A DNA stretch of 64,000 nucleotides from Patescibacteria group bacterium (GCA_028865095.1 JAGWLA010000001.1:137806-201805), one strand, 5' to 3'; numbered from the stretch's first letter, positions 49,967 through 58,930 are shown. Notes: generated from the sequence alone by a model not told the origin. Program-made: numbers and translations.

Positions 49967-50803
49967 ATGGAAGAAAAACGAAATACATTAACCTTGCCGG
50001 GAGCGATCATAATCGCCGGCACGTTCATCGCTGTCACTATTCTCTTAAAGTGGGCTCCAGCCAAAGAACAGTCGAGTATCCAAGCTCCTATAAACCAAGT
50101 ATCGGCGACCATTATCGATGGAGGTCATATTCTGTCCCTTAAGACTGAACAGGCCATGCTTGCAGAACTCCAGAAAGACGGGGTGATCGATGGTTCAAAA
50201 TTGCCGCAGGTGACCGAGCTCAATCTGCTCTGGGCATTCGGACTGGCGAACGAGAACCCCATTCTCGAGAACGGGCCTATCGCCGACCTGCGCTACGGGG
50301 GTCCCATGAACATGGCGTCTGTGGGCGGCTGGACGGTTTCGGTCGGATCTCCGTCTAATCATATGGACAAGCATGTGCTTGCAACCCTTACTCCGGATCA
50401 GCAGTCCCTCGTCGAGAAAATATCGAAAGGAATATATAGACCGTGCTGCGACAACTCGACATATTTTCCGGACTGCAATCACGGCATGGCCATGCTAGGG
50501 CTTCTCGAATATCTCGCTTCACAAGGTGTGACTGAAGGAGAGATGTGGAACGCCGCTCTTACGGCAAATATGACGTGGTTTCCGGATGCGTATCAGACGA
50601 TTGCTGAATATACGAAGCAACAAGGCATGTCGGCAAAGGACATAAGCCCGCAGACGATTCTCGGCCAGGACTATTCAAGCGCCTCAGGTTTCGCCAAGAT
50701 CAGCTCGCAGGTGCCACAACAGCAGAAACAGAGCTCGCAGAGTTGCGGCGTGAATGCGAGCACGCCGGCGGACGTGCCGAAGCAGCCGAGCTGTGGAGTA
50801 TAG
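49967..50803 (+). CDS. Membrane-anchored Cys/His-motif protein (putative metal binding)
   Basis: N-terminal TM; IYRPCCDNST.FPDCNHGMA; two terminal SCGV. Confidence 0.65.
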   Translation: MEEKRNTLTLPGAIIIAGTFIAVTILLKWAPAKEQSSIQAPINQVSATIIDGGHILSLKTEQAMLAELQKDGVIDGSKLPQVTELNLLWAFGLANENPILENGPIADLRYGGPMNMASVGGWTVSVGSPSNHMDKHVLATLTPDQQSLVEKISKGIYRPCCDNSTYFPDCNHGMAMLGLLEYLASQGVTEGEMWNAALTANMTWFPDAYQTIAEYTKQQGMSAKDISPQTILGQDYSSASGFAKISSQVPQQQKQSSQSCGVNASTPADVPKQPSCGV

Positions 50804-50829
50804 ATTATCTTCATGATACTATTTTTCAA

Positions 50830-51291
50830 ATGGATGGTTTCTTCATATTCTGCGCTCAATATCTCTTCATAGTGCCGGTCTTGATCCTCGGCATCTACTT
50901 TCTACTGCAGCCGCGAGCAAACTGGAAGCACATGGCTATATTCGCCATATCGGCTGCGTTGCTTGCATATCTCATAGCCGTGATCGGCGGGTTGCTCTAC
51001 TATGATCCTCGCCCGTTCGTCGTAGGTAACTTTACGTCACTCATCCCGCACGCGCCGGACAATGGTTTTCCATCTGATCATGCGCTCCTCGTATCGGCGA
51101 TCGCAATGATCGGAACGATTTGGAACAAGAGATTGGGTCTCGCTCTCTGGTTCATCGCCTTGTTTGTCATGGCGGGAAGGGTATACGTCGGGGTGCACCA
51201 TCCTATCGACGTCATCGGAAGCGCGGTTATAGCCATTGGAGCAGTTGTGGCGATGAAGCAAGTCTTATCTAGAGCAACAAAGATCACATAA
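50830..51291 (+). CDS. PAP2 phosphatase (BcrC-like undecaprenyl-diphosphatase)
   Basis: PRPF, FPSDH, GRVYVGVHHPID. Confidence 0.88.
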   Translation: MDGFFIFCAQYLFIVPVLILGIYFLLQPRANWKHMAIFAISAALLAYLIAVIGGLLYYDPRPFVVGNFTSLIPHAPDNGFPSDHALLVSAIAMIGTIWNKRLGLALWFIALFVMAGRVYVGVHHPIDVIGSAVIAIGAVVAMKQVLSRATKIT

Positions 51292-51293
51292 AA

Positions 51294-51338
51294 TGAGAAT
51301 GAGACACGCTAAATAGCCCTGGAAACTGTCTCATTAGT
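51294..51338 (+). repeat. Right palindromic direct repeat of copper cassette
   Basis: TGAGAATGAGACACGCTAAATAGCCCTGGAAACTGTCTCATTAGT; arms AATGAGACA/TGTCTCATT 20 bp apart. Confidence 0.8.
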
Positions 51339-51447
51339 CTCATTTGGTATAATGAAGCCCTGACCAAGACCCGTCGTCTACTACTGTATGTGGTCGCCAA
51401 GAAACCCTTGTGGTGTCTTGAGCCACGTGGTTCTAGACCGGAGAGTC

Positions 51448-51487
51448 CAGCCAACGCATGCACCCTGACCGGAGAAGGTCAATGAAC
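51448..51487 (+). repeat. Right attachment-like direct repeat
   Basis: CAGCCAACGCATGCACCCTGACCGGAGAAGGTCAATGAAC. Confidence 0.88.
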
Positions 51488-51496
51488 TGAAGCACA

Positions 51497-51958
51497 ATGA
51501 GCGAAACACAAAACAAAACCCCATATTTTATAGTCAACGTCGAAGCAGCTATCTGTAAAGGGGGAAAGTGGCTTATGTGCGTCCGTTCCGAAAAAGAGAG
51601 CCATGCCGGTGGCATGTTATCTTTGGTCGGAGGAAAAGTCGAGCATTCGGATCCCGCTAAAGAGACACTGGAGGAAGCTGTAAAAAGGGAGGTCTTAGAA
51701 GAAACGGGATTGTCCGTACGTCCTGTCGACTATGTTCAGTCAACCAGCTTCGTATCAAAGCTCGGTAACCATATCGTTGATGTCGTATTCCTTTGTGAGG
51801 CAGATGAAGGAAAAGAGACGCTTCATGCTCCGGATGAACTGACTGAGTTGCGTTGGATGACCCTGGATGAGATCAAGAAGCATCCGAAAGCGGCAGATTG
51901 GCTGATAGCGAGTATGGGCATGTCCGCGCAGTTGCACAGCACCAAAGCACATAAATGA
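51497..51958 (+). CDS. Nudix hydrolase
   Basis: GGKVE..EAVKREVLEETGL. Confidence 0.88.
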   Translation: MSETQNKTPYFIVNVEAAICKGGKWLMCVRSEKESHAGGMLSLVGGKVEHSDPAKETLEEAVKREVLEETGLSVRPVDYVQSTSFVSKLGNHIVDVVFLCEADEGKETLHAPDELTELRWMTLDEIKKHPKAADWLIASMGMSAQLHSTKAHK

Positions 51959-52092
51959 TTCATGAAGATTTCCTTTAGTGAACTTCTGCACCCTGTTGAG
52001 TTGTATAAGCGCGGCTCTGACTTATCTGTTGTTTTATTGACATTACCGCGTCCCATCCAGTCAGCTCGTAAGTTTGGCATGATCTATTTATC

Positions 52093-52602
52093 GTGAAGCA
52101 AATCGTTATCATCAACCCTGAGGGTGTTTCAGATAAAGAGACCCTCAACTATAAGACAAGGGAAGCATCGCGCGCCGTCGTTTTTGACGATGAAAAAAAT
52201 GTAGCGCTGCTTCACGCGACTAAGTATGACTATTATAAGCTTCCGGGAGGCGGCATCGAGAAAAATGAAGATCCCGAGAAGGCTTTACGGCGCGAGTGTC
52301 TGGAGGAGATCGGCTGCGACGTCGAGATAGTAAAAGCCCTAGGGACCATTCTGGAATATCGTAAAAAATTCGATCTCAAACAGACGTCGCATTGTTATAT
52401 CGCAAAAGTCGTCGGTGAAAAGGGGATTCCCCATCTTATGGAAGACGAGATCGAAGAGGGCTTCCAAACAGTCTGGCTTCCGATCCGAGAAGCATTAGAT
52501 AAGGTAAGCAGCGGCGAGCGGAAAATCTATGAGGCGCAATATATGATCGCAAGAGACACGATGATTCTGAAGAAAGCTGTAGAGGCTAAAGTGTTATACT
52601 AG
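52093..52602 (+). CDS. Nudix hydrolase
   Basis: PGGGIEKNEDPEKALRRECLEEIG. Confidence 0.9.
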   Translation: MKQIVIINPEGVSDKETLNYKTREASRAVVFDDEKNVALLHATKYDYYKLPGGGIEKNEDPEKALRRECLEEIGCDVEIVKALGTILEYRKKFDLKQTSHCYIAKVVGEKGIPHLMEDEIEEGFQTVWLPIREALDKVSSGERKIYEAQYMIARDTMILKKAVEAKVLY

Positions 52603-52607
52603 TCCGT

Positions 52608-53342
52608 ATGTTGAAGCTGCCCCATGTGACCCTTCTCGGGATAGATTGCGTGAATGTAGAACGGCTTCAGGCAGCTATGGATGTATGCCAGAAAGACGTC
52701 GATTTTGGCGCAGCAAAGCTGTTGACGTCTCTGCCTACTGACGATAGCCGGCTGGTTGATATAAGCCCGATAAAAAATATCCAAGAATATTCGAGATTTT
52801 GCGCTGAGGATCTTGTAAAATACGTTGATACCGATTATGTATTACTTGTTCAATATGACGGTTTTATTTTGAATCCCGAAAGCTGGATGGACGAGTTTCT
52901 AAAATACGATTACATAGGTGCCCCTTGGCTTGTCGCAAACTGGTCCGTACGAGACTTCAATTTTCCTGCAAGTTTGCTTGGAACGAAAGTGGTTGGAAAC
53001 GGCGGATTCTCCTTGCGGAGCAAAAGATTCCTAGAGGTCTCGGCTAAGCTCATGCGTGAAGGAAAAATTCCTCAGATTCATCCAGAAGACGTGTCCCTTT
53101 GCATATGGCACAGAGACCTTCTCGATGCCGAGGGCATAAAGATCGCTCCGGCAGAGTTGGCCGAGGCTTTCTCTATAGAAGGCGATGATAATGTTTTCGA
53201 CAGGCAATTCGGCTTCCACGGATTCTCCTGGACCGATATAGATAAATGGATCGATAAGCACCCCGAATATCCCCTGATCGTCGGCAGATATAGACAGGCG
53301 AGAAAGGAGCATTTCGAGAGGATGAATAAAAACCTCGCATAA
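52608..53342 (+). CDS. DUF5672-like (glycosyltransferase-related) protein
   Basis: LLVQYDG, YDYIGAPW, VGNGGFSLRS, PED, FGFHG. Confidence 0.75.
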   Translation: MLKLPHVTLLGIDCVNVERLQAAMDVCQKDVDFGAAKLLTSLPTDDSRLVDISPIKNIQEYSRFCAEDLVKYVDTDYVLLVQYDGFILNPESWMDEFLKYDYIGAPWLVANWSVRDFNFPASLLGTKVVGNGGFSLRSKRFLEVSAKLMREGKIPQIHPEDVSLCIWHRDLLDAEGIKIAPAELAEAFSIEGDDNVFDRQFGFHGFSWTDIDKWIDKHPEYPLIVGRYRQARKEHFERMNKNLA

Positions 53343-53346
53343 GGAT

Positions 53347-53940
53347 ATGGCCATCAAAACGATAATGTTCGACCTTGGCAAGGTGGTGGTCTACACGGAT
53401 TTCAAGAGCCTGTATGCGAATTTCGCCGAGCGCATAGGATTGACGCCTGAATCCGTGATCAAGTATCACGACGATAACAGGGTAGGGCTGTTCACGAACG
53501 CGATCACCATGGAAGACGCATGGGACGATCTGGCGAAAATCGGCGGCGCGCCGCGCGATTCATTCACGGAGATATGGGAGGAGGAGGGGCTGAAAGCCAG
53601 GAGGATCGACGAAGGCATGACGGCTTTCATAAAGGAGCTGCGCAAGAGATACAAGGTCGGGGCTGTCAGCAACCTGTATGAGAGCCGCATGAAGATAGAC
53701 GAGAGGACGGGCGTGTACGATAATTTCGATTATGCGGTCCTGTCGTGCGTGGACCATGTGAAGAAGCCGGACGAGAGATTCTACAGGCTGGCCCTGTCAA
53801 AAGCGTCGGCACGGCCGGAGGAGGCCCTGTTCATAGACGACAATGAGGCGTACGTCGAAGCGGCGAGCGGCATCGGGATCAAGGGCATCGTATATAGGGG
53901 TCTAGAGAGCTTGAAGGCTGCACTGATTGCATATATGTGA
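53347..53940 (+). CDS. HAD-family phosphatase
   Basis: MFDLGKV, VSN, KKPD, FIDD. Confidence 0.88.
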   Translation: MAIKTIMFDLGKVVVYTDFKSLYANFAERIGLTPESVIKYHDDNRVGLFTNAITMEDAWDDLAKIGGAPRDSFTEIWEEEGLKARRIDEGMTAFIKELRKRYKVGAVSNLYESRMKIDERTGVYDNFDYAVLSCVDHVKKPDERFYRLALSKASARPEEALFIDDNEAYVEAASGIGIKGIVYRGLESLKAALIAYM

Positions 53941-54027
53941 TTATCGTGATATAATATGGGTAAATCCGGGGAACCGGAAGATACGCAGCAGAAACAAAAA
54001 AACGATAGAAACGGAGGTTGAGTCGAG

Positions 54028-54741
54028 ATGAAAACTTATGATCTTAGCTGGGGCAGGACATCGTTCCTGTCCAAGCTGGAGCTCTTTTACAGAGCGCGAC
54101 AAGAGATGAGGAAGAAGTCCATGTCCGGCGATCGGATAGTGCAGGCCGAAGCGCATTCCGCGCTCTCCAGCGCCTATTATTCGATCACGGGCACGGCGGC
54201 GGCCCAGCTTAGGGCGTCGTTCCGGCCGAGCTGGCTCGGGCCGTTGCGGGCCGCGCTGTGGTGCTTCACGTGGCTGCCGCTCGCGGCATGGTGCTATTGG
54301 CGGATGCTCCCGCTGTCGGAGCGGGCAGTCAAGCTGATCGGCTATGGCGGGATGTCTGCAGAGCAGTGCGACGTGCGCCAAAGCATATTGCGGCGGCGCG
54401 GGAGATCCGCGGAAGCGAGACGCTGCATCGATGCGGCATTGGCCAAGCATCCGATGGAGCCCCATATCAGGGGCTTGCTCTATGCCGGGCTTGCCGAGGC
54501 CTTCTGGCGAGAAGGCGACAAAACCGGGGCCAGGCTCCGCGCGCTGGTCGCACAGGATGAGGCGAAGGATGCGGAAGCGAAGGAGCCGCAGCAGGCGGCG
54601 CGCATCTATCGGCTCTGCGCGCGCATCGCCGACCTCACCGAGGACGGCGATCCGGTCCCTGGATATGTCCTCCGCTCCCGGGCGCGGGCGCTCGCCGAAT
54701 CAGCTGGGGCGCATGACCAGGTCCTCAAGCTGGAAAGGTAG
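54028..54741 (+). CDS. Hypothetical helical (TPR-like) protein
   Basis: 237-aa ORF with SD GGAGG; Ala-rich helices. Confidence 0.55.
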   Translation: MKTYDLSWGRTSFLSKLELFYRARQEMRKKSMSGDRIVQAEAHSALSSAYYSITGTAAAQLRASFRPSWLGPLRAALWCFTWLPLAAWCYWRMLPLSERAVKLIGYGGMSAEQCDVRQSILRRRGRSAEARRCIDAALAKHPMEPHIRGLLYAGLAEAFWREGDKTGARLRALVAQDEAKDAEAKEPQQAARIYRLCARIADLTEDGDPVPGYVLRSRARALAESAGAHDQVLKLER

Positions 54742-54923
54742 AGAAGACCGTTCGACCGCTTCGTGGCATGTCCACGGAGCGGTCGTTTTGCGCATGAGCC
54801 ATCCATGCCGATGGTTGACAATACGATATTCCATATGGTTCACTTCTTCCCAACAGAGGGTTCTTTGACATTCAATGGACCCTAAAACTCTAACCAATAA
54901 ACAACCGAGAAAGCGAGGTCGTT

Positions 54924-56672
54924 ATGCAAACGAAGCCAGAAATCCCCGGAAGGATCGGGAATCGGCAGGATCATAAGGAAAACACCGATATAGCGGCGCC
55001 GATAACGTATTATGTCGCTGTCGTAAGCCGGGTCAGCATGGGCCAGGGCGATGGTTTCAATTCCGAATTGAGCGGGATGCTCCAAGAGCTGGGCTTCACG
55101 TCGCTCAAGGCCGAGAGCTCGAATCAGAAGTTCCTCTCCGCGGTTCCCCCCATCGGGGTATCAAGGGTCGTGATCGAGCATCGCAAGCCGGCGAACGGCC
55201 TCGGGAGCGGAACGTACAAGATGGAGCTGGAACGCGGGTGGGCTAGAAAGCCTATCGATGAAGGGAATGTGGTATTCGAGTCCCCGACGCACATCCTTGG
55301 GCTCAAGGGGGCGAAAGAATTCTCCCTCGTGAGCAAAGGCGGAGGAGGCATGTCGTGGGAGATCATATGCTCCCGTGAGATCGTCAAAGCTCCTCCTATA
55401 GCCGTACACCATCAATCTGCCGCGTCGCCCGTAGCTCCCCAACCTGATGCGGCTACCCAGAACGATGCTCATGCTGTCGAGGATGCCCCTACGGAAAAGC
55501 CGCAGGATGCCTCCGTCGGCAATGCAACTATCGAACCGCGGAATGACGGCGCGAGACGAGAGCATGTCGTCGTCAGCCTTAGCGGCCGCAGCCAATCGGG
55601 CAGAGATCCGGATACTATCGCGACCAGGATCATGCAGCAGTGGAAGGGCCTCGTACCGGCGGACGGACAGTCTGCTCTCTCCGCGAGGGCGGTTCCCGCT
55701 GCGGGGCTTGAAGGCAAATTCAAGCTTGTGACATGGGAAGAAGGCGGCAAAAGAGGCAAGCTCGTATTCGCCGATGGAGACGACCAGACCAACCTCGAGA
55801 GGGGCATGATCATCCGCGATGAATCGTTCGGCACGGATGGCGATCGGCTGATAACGATGAGCGGCAACTTGTTGCTCGAAGTCAGCGTCGTGTGCCGACC
55901 ATCGGAAAGCGGAGGACGGCCCCGTACAACCGTCGCCAACCCCGCTGTCCAGTCGCCTCCTCCGCTCAATGGATCATCAGTGAAAAATGAAACCGCTGTC
56001 ATCTTGCCGGTTCCGGCGACAGATGCAGCCAAACCTGCAGTCAAACCACATGAATCTGGCGAATCACGACCAGAAAAGAAAGGAAAGCATACAATGAAAA
56101 ACAGGATGACACCGCCAAACAACCCCGCAGCTATCAAGTTTGTCCTCGCGGCGATCCGCTCGAGGATGGGCCTCACAGGAGACGTTCTCACTACGGAGGC
56201 TCGGAAGGCCGTGGCCATCATCTTGACTGAGACCGTTGGTGAGAGCAAAACGGTCGCAGGAAGGGAGATCTCTCCGAAGTGCCAAAATTCAGGCTTCGTC
56301 TATGGCCTCATCGAAGGAGCGAAGAAACAGATGGAAGAGGATAAGGGATTCAAGACGATGGTCGCGGAGATCTCCAGGGAAGCCAAAAGGCTCCTGGCAG
56401 GCGATAACAGCTCTGCTTCCGTCGCAGAAGATCCAGGCGAACCGACTACTGTCAAAAGGGTAGTGTCCGTAGGTAGCCGTCCTCTCTCGGGGGTGAGCCG
56501 CCGCGACATGGGCATATACTTGATGACGAAGTTCGGGATAGCGCCCGAACCCGCCGCGAAAGCCTTAGGCACGGATATCAACGAGGTCTATCAGGCTGTC
56601 GGTAAAGTCGCTTTGAAGCTCGGCGACAAGGCGACGGAGCTGGAGCGCTCGATCGAGCAGGCTATCAGCTAA
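54924..56672 (+). CDS. Hypothetical protein, C-terminus resembles DnaA domain IV-type HTH
   Basis: 582-aa ORF, SD GAGG, terminator downstream; RRDMGIYLM..AKALG..VYQAVGKV. Confidence 0.55.
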   Translation: MQTKPEIPGRIGNRQDHKENTDIAAPITYYVAVVSRVSMGQGDGFNSELSGMLQELGFTSLKAESSNQKFLSAVPPIGVSRVVIEHRKPANGLGSGTYKMELERGWARKPIDEGNVVFESPTHILGLKGAKEFSLVSKGGGGMSWEIICSREIVKAPPIAVHHQSAASPVAPQPDAATQNDAHAVEDAPTEKPQDASVGNATIEPRNDGARREHVVVSLSGRSQSGRDPDTIATRIMQQWKGLVPADGQSALSARAVPAAGLEGKFKLVTWEEGGKRGKLVFADGDDQTNLERGMIIRDESFGTDGDRLITMSGNLLLEVSVVCRPSESGGRPRTTVANPAVQSPPPLNGSSVKNETAVILPVPATDAAKPAVKPHESGESRPEKKGKHTMKNRMTPPNNPAAIKFVLAAIRSRMGLTGDVLTTEARKAVAIILTETVGESKTVAGREISPKCQNSGFVYGLIEGAKKQMEEDKGFKTMVAEISREAKRLLAGDNSSASVAEDPGEPTTVKRVVSVGSRPLSGVSRRDMGIYLMTKFGIAPEPAAKALGTDINEVYQAVGKVALKLGDKATELERSIEQAIS

Positions 56673-56695
56673 GCCGACTTCTGTTCCGATGATAC

Positions 56696-56722
56696 CCCGC
56701 AACACGCTCGTTGCGGGTTTTT
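56696..56722 (+). terminator. Intrinsic terminator
   Basis: CCCGCAAC/GTTGCGGG stem plus T5. Confidence 0.75.
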
Positions 56723-56809
56723 GTTTGCAGGCGCTTGACATCGTGATGCCATTGGAAGAGAGTTATGACAGGAACATCGACAACCCGATAACCATGAAAG
56801 GACTATGAT

Positions 56810-57886
56810 ATGGAACAGATACAGATGCTCGGGCTCGAAGAGGTGCTGACGCCCTACGAGCTCATAAGCGAATGCCGCGATGCGGGCATGAAGAAAGTCG
56901 TGAAAAGAGTCGATATGTGCACGGATTCGAATCCGCGCTCGGTCCTCATCACCGGCGAGAATGGCACGGGGAAAGAATTGGTCGCCAGATCGCTCCATGA
57001 AAGAGGGGGAAGGAAGGAAAAGACCCTCGTCACCCTCGATTGCGCGAATCTCGACGAGGCGAATCTCCGGAGCGAGCTCTTCGGGCATGAGAAAGGCTCG
57101 TTCACCGGGGCGTTCGATCGCAAGATCGGGCTCTTGGAAAAAGCCGACGGAGGCACTGCCTTCCTTGACGAGATCGGCGAGATCCCACCCGATCTTCAGC
57201 CGCGGCTCCTTCGGGTCCTGCAGGACGGCACGTTCCGGAGATATGGCGGCAATATGGAGCTCAGGACCGATTTCCATCTCATCGCCGCCACGAATCGGGA
57301 TCTTCCAGAGATGGTTAGGACAGGGCGATTCCGCGAGGACCTCTTCTATCGCATCCGGCTCATCGACATCCGAGTCCCTCCGCTCCGCGAGCGGGCCGAG
57401 GACATACTCCGGCTGGCCAATCATTTCCTCGATCGCTTCTCGAAGAACAGGAAGAGCTTTTCGGCGGGCGCCGAAACGGCGCTCAAAGCGCATAGCTGGC
57501 CAGGCAATGTCCGCGAGCTTAGGAGCACGATCGAGCGAGCGGTCTTGCTCTCGAATGGCAATGACGCAGTATCTGCTGACGATCTCGAGATCGGCTTTCT
57601 GGGGAGCCCCTCTCCATCGTCGGACAAGGCCGCAGTTCCTGCTCCGCCGAGTCTGACAGGCCCGAGCGATCCCGAGCTTCTCGATCTCATGAGGCGCGCC
57701 ATCGTACGGATCAAATCGATCCATAAAGATGGTCAGCCTTCAGATCTTGCCGAATATGCCGAGAAGGCATTGATAGAAGCCGCCCTCGATTATTATGGCG
57801 GCAACAAGCTCAAAGTCGCGGGTATCCTCGGCATAGGCCGCCAGACGCTCTATAACAAGATGGCTCGTTATAGCATTTCTGGTTGA
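56810..57886 (+). CDS. Sigma54-type enhancer-binding protein (AAA+ plus Fis HTH, no sensor domain)
   Basis: GENGTGKE, ELFGHEKGSFTGA, FLDEIGE, FREDLFYR, WPGNVREL, C-terminal HTH. Confidence 0.92.
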   Translation: MEQIQMLGLEEVLTPYELISECRDAGMKKVVKRVDMCTDSNPRSVLITGENGTGKELVARSLHERGGRKEKTLVTLDCANLDEANLRSELFGHEKGSFTGAFDRKIGLLEKADGGTAFLDEIGEIPPDLQPRLLRVLQDGTFRRYGGNMELRTDFHLIAATNRDLPEMVRTGRFREDLFYRIRLIDIRVPPLRERAEDILRLANHFLDRFSKNRKSFSAGAETALKAHSWPGNVRELRSTIERAVLLSNGNDAVSADDLEIGFLGSPSPSSDKAAVPAPPSLTGPSDPELLDLMRRAIVRIKSIHKDGQPSDLAEYAEKALIEAALDYYGGNKLKVAGILGIGRQTLYNKMARYSISG

Positions 57887-57972
57887 GGTGGAATGATGCG
57901 TTCTTGCTGCGTCCTGATGGGCGCGGCTTTTTTATCGCTGGAAGATAGGCCCGGAAATGCTATCATTGCCCC

Positions 57973-58428
57973 ATGCGATCGGATTTCTTCCCCGAGTGCT
58001 TCTATCGAGTCACCGTCAAAGGCCTGTGCGTCAGGGACGGCAAGGTGCTGCTCGTCCGGGAATCGGCCGCGACCTTGAGCGGCAAATGGGAATTGCCGGG
58101 AGGCGGCCTCGATCTCGGTGAGGATATCCATGAAGGGTTCAAGAGGGAGATCAAGGAGGAGATGGGGCTGGACGTGAAGGCCATGTCGAAAGAGCCCGTC
58201 TATGTGTGGACGCACCGGTATGAGGCAAACCACCGGGACATCGGCTGGTATTATTCGCTCGTGCTAGCGTATGAGTTCGAGCTCGAGAGCCTCGATTTCA
58301 CGCCGACCGAGGAATGCGAAGCCATCGGCTTCTTCTCGAAAGAGGAGCTGGCGGGCATCCCGCTCGCCGGCCAGACCAACGAGCTGTCCGGTATATTCGA
58401 CCCGGAAGATTTTATCAAGCGGCGATAG
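57973..58428 (+). CDS. Nudix hydrolase
   Basis: WELPGGGLDLGE..KREIKEEMGL. Confidence 0.9.
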   Translation: MRSDFFPECFYRVTVKGLCVRDGKVLLVRESAATLSGKWELPGGGLDLGEDIHEGFKREIKEEMGLDVKAMSKEPVYVWTHRYEANHRDIGWYYSLVLAYEFELESLDFTPTEECEAIGFFSKEELAGIPLAGQTNELSGIFDPEDFIKRR

Positions 58429-58437
58429 AGCGCGATT

Positions 58438-58465
58438 AAAAAACGGATGACGCGCGTCATCCGTT
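58438..58465 (-). terminator. Intrinsic terminator between convergent genes
   Basis: A tract plus palindrome AACGGATGACGCGCGTCATCCGTT. Confidence 0.7.
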
Positions 58466-58480
58466 CAGATCAAAGATTAG

Positions 58481-58930
58481 TCAATCCGGATCCTCGCAGA
58501 ACATCTCGAGGCGCGGAGTCTTGCTTCCCCAAAAATCCTCTATCTGCCTGACGACCGTGAAGCCATGCCTCTCATAGAGGCGTCTGGCTGGATTTTCTGG
58601 GTGGGTCATCAAGCTGAATACATTGAGGCCTTGGCTGCGCAGGCTGTCGAGCAGCATGCTTAAGGCTTGGCCGCCGATGCCTCGTCCCTGATAGTCAGGG
58701 TCTACAGCAAGTTCCGAGATATAGGCATATCGGGCTTCTCTGTGTTCATAGGATATGTAGCCGACACTGATGCCGTCGCAGACGATCATGAAGACGTTTA
58801 TCTGGTCGAATTCCTCGCGGACCTCATTGGGGTCCGTGGTAGCCAGATTGATAGGCGATTCCACTCTTTTTGCGATCCTGGCGTATGTCTCCACGTCTTC
58901 TTCCGTGGCTGGTCTAAGCGTCACATTCAT
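58481..58930 (-). CDS. GNAT-family acetyltransferase
   Basis: LAVDPDYQGRGIG, NPARRLYERHGF. Confidence 0.9.
   Translation of the reverse strand: MNVTLRPATEEDVETYARIAKRVESPINLATTDPNEVREEFDQINVFMIVCDGISVGYISYEHREARYAYISELAVDPDYQGRGIGGQALSMLLDSLRSQGLNVFSLMTHPENPARRLYERHGFTVVRQIEDFWGSKTPRLEMFCEDPD

Larger units (their letters stand above)
26984..51487. mobile_element. ~24.5 kb integrated element (serine recombinase, defence operon, terminase module, copper cargo)
   Basis: 40-bp direct repeats starting in the tRNA-Gln 3' end; abrupt GC drop; recombinase near left end. Confidence 0.85.
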
